Shown here piece after piece: positions 39,823-52,089 of a DNA stretch of 64,000 nucleotides. A model generated the notes under the pieces. It had not been told where the DNA came from. It did no database searches and saw only the letters and a program-made list of their open reading frames with translations. Both the position numbers and the translations under genes were made by a program. The number at the start of each line of letters is the position of its first letter. Position 1 is the first letter of the stretch. Source of the DNA: Squalus acanthias (lineage: Eukaryota); NCBI GenBank assembly GCA_030390025.1, contig JASTWF010000036.1:3102001-3166000 (forward strand), read 5' to 3'.

Positions 39823-40267
39823 TTTTTTTAAATGCTCATTCTCGGGGATGTGGGCGTCGCCGGCAATGCCGGCATTTATTGCCCATCACTAATTGCCCTT
39901 GAGAAGGTGGTGGTGAGCCGCCTTCTTGAACCGCTGCAGTCCGTGTGGTGAAGGAACTCCCACAGTGCTGTTAGGGAGGGAGTTCCAGGATTTTGACCCA
40001 GCGATGATGAAGGATCGGCGATATATTTCTATGTCAGGATGGTGTGTGACTTGGAGGGGAACTTGCAGGTGGTGGTGTTCCCATGCGTCTGCTGCCCTTG
40101 TCCTTCTAGGTGGAAGAGGTCGCGGGTTTGGGAGGTGCTGCAGAAGCCTTGGCGAGTTGCAGCAGTGCATCTTGTAGATGGTACACACTGCAGCCACGGT
40201 GCGCCGGTGGTGGAGGGAGTGAATGTTTAAGGTGGTGGATGGGGTGCCAATCAAGCGGACTGCTTTG
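39823..40267 (-). mobile_element. LINE 3' fragment (family of 11847-14620)
   Basis: ORF ending KKAAHHHLLKGN plus tail. Confidence 0.85.
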
Positions 40268-41057
40268 TTGCGCAATTTGCTCCGTGAATAACGCAACATT
40301 GCATCAAAAGTTTTGGAGGCTGCAAGAAGTGTTGGTTTGTGAGTGATAACACATGACATGACCTACCTACTGCAGCCAAAGTGAAATAAGAGTCAAACTA
40401 AATACTGCCTTTTAAAATCGGATGGTATTGGCTGACTCGGAATAACAGGAGTAGATACTCGGCAGAGAGAACCGAAGCAAAGAAAGGGGGTGGGAAAATT
40501 AACTCTGCACAACAGGTAAAACTAATGGAAAGATTTATTTATCACACTGTGTGCTTAAGTGGGAGAGGCGGCGAGCAAGAACCCCCGTGGAACACATTTG
40601 AGTTTGGCTACCTGCCAATTAGCAATTATAAACACTCTCAGTGCAAGTACTGCGAAAACAATCTCCGAGAGCAGCCCAGCCAATCAATCAGCTCAAGTCG
40701 ATAAAAAGCACAAACTACACAGACACCTGTAGCTTCGATGATATTTTAAGGAACGCAAGGAAAGTAGACCTCCCCATTCCCTCCACTTATAACAAACTCT
40801 CCACATCTCTCGCCCCGAGATATGATGCTCAATTGACAATTCCAATTGAGTCAGAAAACTGGCTAATCTCCACTCTTGCGAGCTGAACGTCCCCGATGGT
40901 GTGTAGATTTACTGGTTGAATTTTTTTTTGTAATGTAGCAACAACCACCACCCCAAAACATGCACGATAATACTGCGCTGCGCCAGAATATGGAGAGCTG
41001 GAGAGAGAGAGAAGGGGCGGGGAAGTGGGAGATTAAACGTGAACCTGAGACACTCAC

Positions 41058-41125
41058 CTCTTGGAGTTCTGGCCGACTCTTTTCCTCTTCCTGCCCAGGA
41101 AAATGTTTCTTGTGGTGGCGATCAT
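41058..41125 (-). CDS. AHR: AHR-family bHLH-PAS gene, coding exon 1 (MIATTRNIFLGRKRKRVGQNSK + 2 nt)
   Basis: Context gcaccATG at 41125; 22 codons plus AG, then a consensus donor AG|gtgagt (GT at 41057-41056). Basic cluster FLGRKRKR resembles AHR YASRKRRK / AHRR YAGRKRR. Phase 2 matches the exon at 1609-1796. An in-frame upstream ATG at 41194 could add 23 aa. Paralog (AHR1/2/3/AHRR) unresolved. Confidence 0.8.
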
Positions 41126-41438
41126 GGTGCACAGCCCGGGGTGGGAGTTCGGTACCTGCGAAGCTCCGTTTAGCCCGAGTGTTTGACTTGACATCCTTCG
41201 AGCGAGCTGGAGGAAGCGGTGAAACTGACGAGGAGTTCTCTGAAACTGACAGACCAGGAACTCTGGGGCTTGTAGTCGCGCTCTCTCTGTGTTCTCCACA
41301 TGCACAACAGGAATTCGTCACGGCCCAGACCTCCTGCTTCGTGATTACATCATTCATTGTGCTTTCTATCGTTAGTAGTCAAATTCAAAGTCATACTATT
41401 ATTTTATGAGCATTTGAACTGATAATTTCAGTACAAAC

Positions 41439-41445
41439 TAGCGTG
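41439..41445 (+). promoter_or_regulatory. Possible xenobiotic response element (TAGCGTG) about 315 bp upstream of the AHR-like ATG
   Basis: Matches TNGCGTG in non-repeat DNA next to exon 1. The motif is short and also occurs elsewhere in the window. Confidence 0.2.
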
Positions 41446-41564
41446 ATTATTCGATGCAGTACAAATATCTATACATATAATTTTTAAAAAATTGGCTCAG
41501 TGGGTTAATCCGCTGCCTTGTGTAGTACTGAACCATAAAGACCAAGAATACTCCAGTTTCTTGG

Positions 41565-42022
41565 CGTCAGCCAGTGGCTCAGTTGGTAGCACTCTCGCCT
41601 ATAAGTTATGAAGGTTGTGAGTTCACAGTCCCACTCCAGAGACTTGAGCACAAAAATCTAGGTTGACACTCCAGTGAAGTACTGAGGGATTGCTGCACTG
41701 TCGGAGGTACTGTCTTTCGGATGAGACGTTAAACCGAAGCCCCGTCTGCTCTCTCAGGTGGACGTAAAAGATCCCGTGGCACTATTTCGAAGAAGAGCAG
41801 GGGAGTTATCCCTGGTGTCCTGGCCAATCTTTATCCCTCAACTAACATCACTAAAACAGATTATCTGGTCATTTATCTCATTGCTGTTTGTGGGAGCTTG
41901 CTGTGCGCAAATTGGTTGTCGTGTTTCCTACACTACAACAGTGACTACACTTCAAAAGTGCTTCATTGGCTGTACAGCACTTTGGGATGGCCTGAGGTTG
42001 TGAAAGGTGCTATAGAAATGCA
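41565..42022 (+). mobile_element. DeuSINE (SacSINE1-like), full length, ~440 bp upstream of the AHR-like ATG
   Basis: tRNA head, Deu domain and L2-like tail. Confidence 0.9.
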
Positions 42023-42292
42023 TTCAATTTCCATCCCTAGTCTGTGCTGACTGATCTCAGTCAGGGTAGATGCTACAATAATGTCAGTGGGCAGCAAGGG
42101 GGGAAACGTCAGCCAGGGTTCCTGGTGCTATTCAGTGGAAAGTCTTTGAGAAAATTGATGAAGGGTGAAAGATGATTGTTGCTTAAAGATGCAGCATTGT
42201 CACCGTTAAATGAAATGTCAGGCTAGTTAATGTGTGATGCAACTTAGTTCTTTAGTGATTGCACCTTATGGGTTGCTTGGCAGTTGTCGAAG

Positions 42293-42734
42293 TTGTCTTT
42301 CGTTTAGGCACCCTACAGCCCTCTGGACTCAACATCGAGTTCAACAATTTTAGATCATAACCTCAGCCCCTATAACATTTATATTTTATTTTTTCATCCA
42401 CCCTTTTGATTGGCCCCCCCCGTTTTTTTCCCTCCCAGAAGCTGGTAGCTGTCCTTCATTCTGCCAGTGCATTTCACACTTCTTTGAGCCTCCACCTGTC
42501 ACATTAACACCTCCTCTTGCCTTGATCATCTCTTAATGTCTCTCAATGTCTCTTAATCTCTCCTTTTGTTCTTTCATCCCCTCCCCCTTTTCCCAGCTTT
42601 ATCCTTGCTTTAAATCTATTTCATTTCCTGCCTTTTTCCAGTTCTGACGAAAGGTCTTCGACCTGAAACGTTAACTCTGTTTCTCTCTCCACGGATGCTG
42701 CCTGGCCTGCTGAGTTTTTCCAGCGTTTTCTGTT
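42293..42734 (+). mobile_element. Penelope-like element 3' end (GIY-YIG C-terminus, UTR, minimal hammerhead)
   Basis: 42295-42360 translates VFRLGTLQPSGLNIEFNNFRS*, the PLE endonuclease C-terminal motif. Hammerhead motif at 42640-42676. 10-bp TSD gttgtcgaag (42283-42292, 42735-42744). Confidence 0.85.
42640..42676 (+). ncRNA. Minimal type I hammerhead ribozyme motif
   Basis: AGUU-CUGACGA-A-AGGUC(UUC)GACCU-GAAA-CGU-U-AACU: core boxes, helix I AGUU/AACU, helix II, and palindromic AACGUU in place of helix III. Confidence 0.7.
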
Positions 42735-45369
42735 GTTGTCGAAGGTTAACTCCTGTCACACCCCACCATTTTTCAAAGAAGCCAAAGAGGTGAGCAATGT
42801 GGAGACCATAGTTTCTCCTTCAGTGACGTAGAGGCTTCCTCAATTGCCAGGGAACTCAGACACGTGGTTACCCCAGACTGCCAGGGCCAGTGAGTTAGAT
42901 ACCACAGATCACCAAAATTAGAGTAGATGGAAAGCAACACAAAATAAACTATAAATTAATATTTTTGCACTGTTAAATCCATTTTCAAGCAATTATTTTT
43001 TTTACTCCACAGACTGATCAAGTCCTCTTTCTATTGGCAATAATACAAAATGGGGAAAAAAGGTGTGGTCAGTCACTACCAATAAAACTGTGCACAAATC
43101 TCAATCAGCTTAAGTCAAGATCATTATGGATTCTAATACTATCTCAGATCTCACCCACTATGTGTGTAGTCAATTATTCATGCTGTGTGCAAGTAAACTG
43201 GTCCTGTGTTAGTCAATAATGAGGCCTGTATGAACTTGCCAAGTCTCAGCACTTGCTGTGGGACAGGTATTTCTGCCACCCATGGTAAACTAGTGATCAT
43301 GAAGGCTGTTAGCAAGCATACAGGAATCACTTGAAAGATTTCATGTAAGAATCATTCAGATACCCATTTTCTCTGAAAGTCAAAATTGACGTAACAGGGC
43401 CCACAAAATCTTATCAATGTAGGCAGAAATAGAACCTTCACAGTCACATACACAATGCATTCTGCCATTGAATACTCTGTACAACACTGATTCCTGTCCT
43501 GTTAAAAAACATGGACATGCGATCTGTGGAATGTAACTAGTGAGGGTAGATTGTAATGTTAAATTAATATCCTGCAGTTTATCTTTGGTGGACTGGGGAG
43601 GGCGGGGAAGAGGCAGAGAAATTTGTGGAAGCTTCAACTGTGTTTATTTATCTCCTGCAATGGGATGAAATAAATTAGGGAAATTCCATGGCAGTATAAC
43701 CAAATTATACACAGTCTGTTGGAAGGAGTTCCTCAATGGACCGAATTGCCTATTTCTTGTTCTATACTTTCTTCTGCACCTGCACCAAAACATGCAATGG
43801 CGCACTGTACCTTTGAATATAATGTTGCAAACTCCTAACTGTGAACCCTACGGTACCTGCAAGGCAGAGATCCGTTTCATTCAGACAACCAACAAGGATA
43901 GGAGGTGGAAAGAAGCTGACGGACAGTGGCAAGGGCTCTCTGTTCAACCCTTGGGTGTCTCATTATATCTTACCTAAATATTGGGCAGGTGAAGACACAC
44001 TCCAGTTCGTAGTGGATGCGAGGTCCACTTATGGGAGTCGTCGATGATGCTGAGTCCGAGTGGAATATCCATCGTAAAAAAAAACTTAACGGTACCCATG
44101 ATCTTCATAACACTGGCCTTGCCGAGAGGAATTTTGGACAGGTTTCACTTTTTGACATTTTCTGGATGTTGTCAACCATGACCAAACCCAACAGAATGGC
44201 ACTTTCTTTCTAATGCCAATGATCTCTTAGTAATCTAATGAAAACATTCCAACTCCCTGGTGGTCTACTGTACCCGGGCACTTCAATACTGGTGACTAAA
44301 AGAGAACTTCGCCCTCTAGAGGATATGCTAGTCCATGGAGCAGTGAACAGAGCATCATATAAAAGGGACAAGCAAGATTTGCCACAGTAGTGAGGTTTGC
44401 ATGAAAGAAGCCAGTTAGTGAAGAATCCACCAGCACTTCCTCTGTTGTCTAATTTTCCTTAAGTGGTGCTTAAATCGTGAGACTTTACAATGGGATAGCA
44501 CAGTGGAGTTAATCTTTTAAACAGATGATAGTGTCAAAAACAGAGCGATACATTGTGAAAGCAGACGCCAAACTAAACCCCCCAAAAAACGTGGTCCTGT
44601 ATACATAGAGCATTATATTGATAATGTAATGCATTCATTTAACTAACCTCCTCTGCTGGGTAACAATATATTTGACTTCAACAAATGGTGTTTCTGTTTA
44701 TATGATAGATTCTTTGTTGTTTCTTTCTGCGGTGCCCATTACCTTCACAGCAGTCCCACTACTCTCTTTACTTTGCCAGTTTGTCACTGGCTTCAGGGCT
44801 GCAGTGGGCAAGAAAGCAAGTGTGCCATTTATCATCACGTTCCTGTGCACACAAAACCACCATTGTCGCTTAAATTGGCAACCAATGCAAATTATTCACT
44901 GACCTATCTAGTTTTAGGAGTCATATCAGTTGCAAAATGTGATATAATCTCAGAATCACCCAATTTTGGAAGTACACACCATCCAGCGTGTACATGAAGA
45001 ACCTGGTGCCTAATTTATGCCCAAACCAGACAACAATGGTGCATTCAGCCCTTAAGGCTGAAACTCAGTCAATCAATTGCATGCACACACACACTTTACC
45101 AGCATCTCCTTTAGGGGTCTTTGTTCGTTATTAAGTTCTAGGATACATTTGAAGAGCAGACTGATTACCTGGGGACTGCTATTCATTGGCATCAAGATCA
45201 TTAGATGGATGTGGCATTCAGTAGAACCTCTGGCAACCTCTAGCTGACTCTTCTGCCTGATTTACAGCAGAACAGGGCTTTGGCAAAACAGCCAGGTGTG
45301 TCCAAAGACAGATACTGGGACTAGGAGGGACTCACAGCTCAGTCCTTGCAGTTTCCTGTTTTCTACTTT

Positions 45370-45645
45370 TCAAGGTAAGGGGCAGGAGGTTTAGAGGGGA
45401 TTTGAGGAAAACCTTTTTCACCCAGAGGGTGGTTGGAATCTGGAACTCACTGCCTGAAAGGGTGGTAGAGGCAGGAACCCTCACAACATTCAAGAAGCAT
45501 TTAGATGAGCACTTGAAACGCCATAGCATACAAGGCTACGGACCAAGTGCTGGAAAATGGGATTAGAATAGACAGGGCTTGATGGCCGGTGCGGACACGA
45601 TGGGCCGAAGGGCCTCTTTCTGTGCTGTAAAACTCTATGACTCTA
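45370..45645 (+). mobile_element. CR1 LINE 3' fragment
   Basis: FFTQRVVGIWNSLPERVVEA motif and CR1 tail. Confidence 0.8.
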
Positions 45646-45959
45646 CCCCACACCCCAAGACATATACAACTTTGAAGGATGTTTGGCTGAGTGGATCCTG
45701 CTGGAATTTGAACCAAAGAAGTTCTGGCCTCAAGTCTGGCACTCATCCATCCAATATCCCACATAACTGAGGGTATAGTATCAACGGCACAGCAAGAACA
45801 AATTGACATTTAAGAGAAAGCAATTTCAATGCAATTGCTGCCTACCTCTTCTAATATTTGTACATTAATAGCTGGAATCAGTAGGTTGCATTTGGTTATA
45901 TAAAACCTCAAACACATCTCTCCATTTATCTGGAAAAGGTTTTGAGAACATCCACCGGA

Positions 45960-47478
45960 CTTTGCCTTTATTACAAGAGGATTTGAGTAAAGACGTCTTA
46001 CTGCAATTATATAGGGCGCTGGTGAGACCACACCTGGGGGGGGGGAAATTCAGTATCGCCCCATTTGGGGCGCAATTATCGGCCGGGCGCAAAGATTAGC
46101 GCCTGGCGCTAATTATCGCCTCCGACTGCAAACTTGACTTTTATCGCCCCTGGAGGTGATTGGAGCGCTAAATCAGGCGCTTCACACCTGTCTTAAGGCG
46201 CAAAGGCCGAGGAGCGAGGCGCTAACTCAGAGCGCTGGCGAAGCTTGTGATGTCAGTCAGCAATGGAACACACACACAATGGCACCAGCCAGTTCTTAAA
46301 GGGGAGGGTTGATCTTGCTTTCCATCCACATCCTGCTCATTGCAGCCTTGAATCTCGTCCTGGAGAGTCCTGTACATCAAATCTGCTGGAAAGAACAATG
46401 GAGAGGCCCAGGGAAAGAGCTCAGAGTGCAGCCCCCACAATCTCTTCTAAATCGATACAAGGAAGGGCAAATCAAAATGAACCTGCAAAGTGCTGCTCAG
46501 TACCCAAAACTCCTTCACACAGCGTTGAATCTCTCCAGAAGTCTCTCTCTCTCTCAGAATGCGTGGTTCAAAAATGTCACCAACAATAAAAGGCAGGAAG
46601 CGGTCGCCTTTAAATAGCGCTCCCTCAGTCCCTTCCTGACTGCAAAACGCTCCCCTCAACCTGTCGTTGCTAGCGGCAGGCGGTAAGGCAGGGGGCGCCA
46701 CTCAATATCCGCTCCGGGGCGCTGCGCACTCGACTGACGTCACGATCTGCCGGCGCAGGCGATCGTGGCGGTAGTGTTTAGCGCCGCCGCAAAATGTCCA
46801 GTTAATTTCGCAAGCGGCGCAAACATTGCCGCGCCCGGGCGCTAGTTGCTTTGCACCCCATTAGCGCCCTCTTAAGGCGCTAATGGGAAGCGCAACCAAC
46901 TGAATTTCCCCCCCCTGGAGTATTATGTACAGTTTTGGTCACCTTACCTAAGGAAGGATATACTTGTCTTAGAGGGAGTGCAACGAAGGTTCACCAGACT
47001 GGTTCCTGGGATGGGGGGATTGTCCTATGAGGAGAGATTGAGTAGACTGGGCCTATATTCTCTAGAGTTTAGAAGAATGAGAGGTGATCTCATTGAAACA
47101 TACAAAATTCTTACAGGGCTTGACAGGGTAGATGCAGAGAGGATGTTTCCCCCTGGCTGGGGGGTCTAGAACCAGGGGTCACAGTCTCAGAATAAGGGGT
47201 CGGCCATTCAGGACTGGGATGAGGAGAAATTTCTTCACTCAGAGGGTGGTGAATCTTTGGAATTCTCTACCCCAGAGGGCTGTGGAGGCTCAGTCTTTGA
47301 GTATATTCAAGACAGAGATTGATAGATTTTTGGATATTAAGGGAATCAAGGGATATGGAGATAGTGCAGGAAAGTGGAGTTGATGTAGAAGATCAGCCAT
47401 GATCTTATTGAATGGCGGAGCAGGCTCAAGGGGCTGAATGGCCTACTCCTGCTCCTATTTCTTATGTTCTTATGTTCA
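45960..47478 (+). mobile_element. CR1 LINE 3' fragment split by the MITE at 46037-46914
   Basis: LVRPHL|EY reading is restored when the MITE and one CTG are removed; (TTCTTATG)n tail. Confidence 0.9.
46037..46914. mobile_element. PIF/Harbinger-type non-autonomous DNA transposon, 878 bp, copy 1
   Basis: TIR G(n)AAATTCAG / CTGAATTTC(n); 3-bp TSD CTG (46034-46036, 46915-46917); many subterminal GGCGC motifs. Confidence 0.85.
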
Positions 47479-48363
47479 GATATCACACCTCAGAGAAAGA
47501 AAGTCAATCGTCTTTACCTGGAGCTGAAAATTTAACTTCCAATCTTCAATCCTGCCTCATCAAACAGCAAGTAAACTCTGATTGACCTCAGGCTGTGTTG
47601 ATTTACAGGAATTAGGCAATGTAGCTTTAAAGGAACACGCCTGCATAACAGAACTCCACCTTGGTAGTAGAATACTACATTGAGCGTTATATAGTATGGC
47701 TCCTGCCATAAAACAGCAAATCATTGGACTTGTGAGAGCAACGCTAAGAGGGAGCTTCCAGTATTGTTTAAAACAAACACAGAGCCCGGGTCTGTGCTAA
47801 GTAGAATACTTTCAGCCAGGCTAGTGGTAGTGGAGTTGTAATTGGTCGCAGTGCCACTCAGCTCGGGTACAAATAGCCAAGTCTCCCACTTCTAAATGCT
47901 ACCCAGTGATGCTGCTAGAAGCACAGGTGTAGACGATAGGACAGGATCTGGCTCTGCCACCCCCACCCCCTGCCCCCCGCCCCCATCAAATAGTCTCATT
48001 GACATTCACTGCCTAGCTTCACTACATAGAATGATATAGAATGTACACCACAGAAACAGGCCAATCCGCCCAACTGGTCCATGCTATTGTTTATGCTCCA
48101 CACAAGTCTTCTCTCACCCCTCTTCATTGAACCCTATCAGCATATCATTCTACTCCTTTCTCTCTCACCTAGCTTCCCCTTAAATGTATCTATACTATTC
48201 GCCTCAACCACTCCCTGTGGTAGCGAGTTCCACATTCTAACCATTCTCTAGATAAAGAAGTTTCTCCTGAATTCCCTATTGGGTTTATTATTGACTATCT
48301 GTCGTACAGAAAGGATCTCCAGATGTTGGTGAAGTAACCAAGGGCAGCTGCCACTCAAACCTA

Positions 48364-48733
48364 GGGGTACAGTAGCATAGTGGTTATGTTACTGGACTAG
48401 TAATCCAGTAGGCCTCGACTAATGATTCGCGAGACATGAATTCAAATCCCAGCCCACCAATTCAATTCAATAAATCTGGAACATCTGTAATGGTGACCAT
48501 GAAACTATCGGATTGTCATAAAAACCCATCTGGTTCCCTAATGTCCTTTAGGGAAGGAAATCTGCCATCCTTACCCGGTCTGGCCTATATGTGACTCCAG
48601 ACCCACAGCAATGTGGTTGACTCTGAAATGCCACTTATTCAAGAAGGCGGCTCAGCACCACCTTCTTGAGGGAAATTAGGGATGAGCAATAAATGCTGGC
48701 CTTGCCGATGACACCCACATTCCATGAATGAAG
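48364..48733 (+). mobile_element. LF-SINE-like tRNA-headed SINE
   Basis: tRNA-like head (tagcatagtgg...gaattcaaatccc), body tggtgaccatgaaact...aaaacccatctggtt...agggaaggaaatctgcc, and tail gcaataaatgctggccttgcc. Recognised from memory of the LF-SINE consensus. Confidence 0.7.
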
Positions 48734-50730
48734 AAACCCCAGCACGAATCAGCATCTTCAGGAGAGGAGGGGTGAAAACCAGAGAAACTAAAAAACAAAA
48801 TACACTGAATGACACAATAAATATTACGAGATACTGAACATTACCAATTTTTTTTAATTATTTCCGAGAATTATACATTAAATAAGTAAACGGTTTGACA
48901 AACATTCAATAAAGAAATGAGACTTGTTAACAAAACGTACAAAGCAACCACACTCAAATATAGATTTATATACAACCACATAATTTTTTTATTTAAAAAG
49001 GAGCACTTTGATTATCTGAGCTATATTATTATTCGATAGCTGTATTTGGATGTGGGTGCATCATCACTGGACGTCAAAACGTTCAGGTGAAAGGTCATGA
49101 CTAGTGATCGACCAGTGCAAACACACAATCAGTATGTGCGCTATTATCTATCCCCCTGCTGCCTTGGTTTTGCAAGCCAGTGAATTTAGTTCAGGTCCCT
49201 CACTGTGGGAGGTGAGGGGAGATCGAAGAAGGCAATCCAGCCAATGGGCTGATCAGTGATCATTTATGTTTGGAGGTACATGGGCACTCTGATAAAATGT
49301 GCTGAGATTTCTTTAGCCCCTCCCTCGCCTCTTACCAATATTGTCTTGTGAATCGGTTATCAAGCGTGCTAGAAGTTAGCTCATCAAAGAGTGATCACCA
49401 ATCCGAAGCACACCAGAACTGTGATTCAGGAGACACAGCACCATAATACGCCGACGGCCATTTTGAAAAGACCAGGCCATTGAAAAAGTGAGAGAGTCTG
49501 GGGAGTGGGGGGAGGAGGCGGGGGGGGGGGAGGTTTCTGGTGGTATTAAGTTTAGGATTTGGCACTCTTGGTAAGTCTCCAGGACAGATGACCACGGAGC
49601 AGCAACGATGGATGGGCGTGTCTATGAAGATGCCCATAGAACTGACCATTTCACCTAACTCAAGTTACCATGGATACAGAGTGCAAGGGTCTAACAAAGA
49701 AATCAGGTTAAAACTAGAAACTGGTCAATCACTAGACACAATAAAGTGTAATAAACACCAACAATTAGGGAAAGAATAGCTCTATTTAAACACATTAGAT
49801 GCAAAGTGTACAAAAAAAGTAAAGGGAGCATTGGAAGCAGGTGAAGTAAGGCACAAAAATATAGGGCGGAACAGTTACAGACATTTGCTGTTAACTAATT
49901 GTGACATATTTTGTCAAGGATATGCAATAACAGAGACCCAGTATGGAAATTCTATTTTTATGTCAGGTAATTCTTTTTTAAACTTTACGTCACCAATGTG
50001 ACCTGCAGGACAAATGTTTTTCTATATTAACAGATGCATACATAACCAGAGGGGGAACTACTGTCCTACTGAGTTTAGCATCAAACCCATTACATGCAAG
50101 GCTATTACTAGGCGTCTCTGGTGGTTTATAAAGTGTAGCGCAATTTATACCTGGAGTGGGGGGGGTGGGGGTTGTTAAGCCAGGGGAGGTTTATTCCTTT
50201 AGATGAGGCACGAGGGGATAATTTGTGGCCAGTGATTTACTGTCAATGTAAACGAGTTTGTGACATCAGGAGCACAAGACTCTATCTCCTCCTTTAGGCT
50301 TGTACCCATGAGTTACATGCTTTGATACCATTCTGAGGGTTAGCTTCTAATTTAACCACCTTTCTTTCGCCTCACTATGTGGAGGTCAAGTTTCATTGCA
50401 CCATCTCCTACTCCAACTCACTCTTACCCAGGACCTCACACTGCAGAACTCCTTACCCCTCTCAATCTTCTCTTCCTCTTACAATCTACAGGCTTTAAAA
50501 ATCAAAGCTTGGCCTCAACTTACCACTGCTCCCTGATTTACCTCATCTTCTCCCCAACTCCGTTCGGCCTTGCTGGTGGCCTGCACAATGGGGATTGACC
50601 CTTCACCTATGCTTCTCCAGTTGCTTTGTCTAAATTGGCACTTTTGAACGTCTATTCCCATTGACTACTGTAGTCACCCAGAGTCAAAGGGACAGGTCCA
50701 ACAATTAATCTATAATTACACCAAGACACA

Positions 50731-51327
50731 GTGTCAGCCGTGGCTCAGGGGGTAGCACACTCACCTCTGAGTCAGAAGGTTGTGGGTTTAAGTCCCACTC
50801 CAGAGACTTGAGCACATAAAGCTAGGCTGACAGTCCCAGTGCAGTACTGAGGGAGTGTTACACTGTCGGAGGTGCCGTCTTTCGGATGAGACGTTAAACC
50901 GAGGCCCCGTCTGCCCTCTCAGGTGAACGTAAAAGATCCCATGGCACTATTTCGAAGAAGAGCAGGGGAGTTATCCTCTGTGTCCTGGCGAATATTTATC
51001 CCTCAACCAACATAACAAAAACAGAAAGATAGGAGCAGGAGTAGGCCATTCGGCCCCTCGAGCCTGTTCTGCCATTTAATGAGATCATGGCTGATTATCC
51101 AAATTCCTGTTCCTGCTTTTTCCCCATATCCCTTGATCCCTTTAGCCTTAAGAAATATATCTAACTCCTTCTTGAATATATCTGATCATTATCACATTGC
51201 TGTTTGTGGGAGCTTGCTGTGCGCAAATTGGCTGCTGCATTTCCCACATTACAACAGTGACTCCACTTCAAAAGTACTTCATTGGCTGTAAAGTGCTTTG
51301 AGACGTCCGATGGTCGTGAAAGGCGCC
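50731..51327 (+). mobile_element. DeuSINE (SacSINE1-like) interrupted by a minus-strand CR1 3' fragment (~51027-51178)
   Basis: SINE sequence resumes after the CR1 tail piece. Confidence 0.85.
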
Positions 51328-52089
51328 ACTACTGACGGGGGGAAGAGGGAAGGGTCGAAGGTCAGAGTGCAGCTGCAACTCCCCGGGCCCTCACAATTCC
51401 CACACAGCAGGTCTTCAAAATGAACTCCTGATACAAAAGGTCACAATCTGAGGTACTTAACCGAAGAGGATCCACCTGCTCTTTTAGACATAACAGAGGC
51501 AGTTTTCAAATTATTTGAAGAATCATGTTATCATTAACGGGTACATTCACTGATTATATACTCCCGGCAGGGAGCGTGGATTGGAGATAGGGCTAAAACA
51601 TCCATAGCACTGATTCTCTGACCGCACTCCCCTCTGGCAGTGCAGAATCAGTAAATTTGCCCTTAAATGCTAAAAATGATAAATGGCACTGCACCTTTCA
51701 TAATTAATATGCATGCATAAGGAAAGCTCACCAGCTAATCGGTCACAATTAATTGGTTAGGATCTGTAACTGTTAGTGCCAGGGCAGTAACAAGTGCAGC
51801 AAAGGTGGTCATGAGTAACTATTCGAGGAGTGAGTTTTTGGCGCAGTGGTAGCATTCCCGCCTCTGGGCCAGAAGGTGCAGGGTTCGAACTCCCACTCCA
51901 GACAGTCCCAGCGAGTGGAGTCGGAGCTCCGGCTTTGAATTCTGGGTTGCCATCCAGCGGGATACTCGCGTCCAGTGGGTGTGGGTGGCCGCCCCCCACC
52001 CCCCCCCCCCGCCATCGTATGGGTTGTGGGAGCCCATAAAACCCTCCCGATGTATAGGACGGACCACTCTATCGGTTGGTATAAGGATT

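Noticed and set aside
48790..49000. AT-rich stretch resembling an mRNA 3' end (possible distal integrin polyA site)
   Set aside because: PolyA hexamers occur on both strands and the site is 12 kb from the stop codon; cannot be supported without transcript data.
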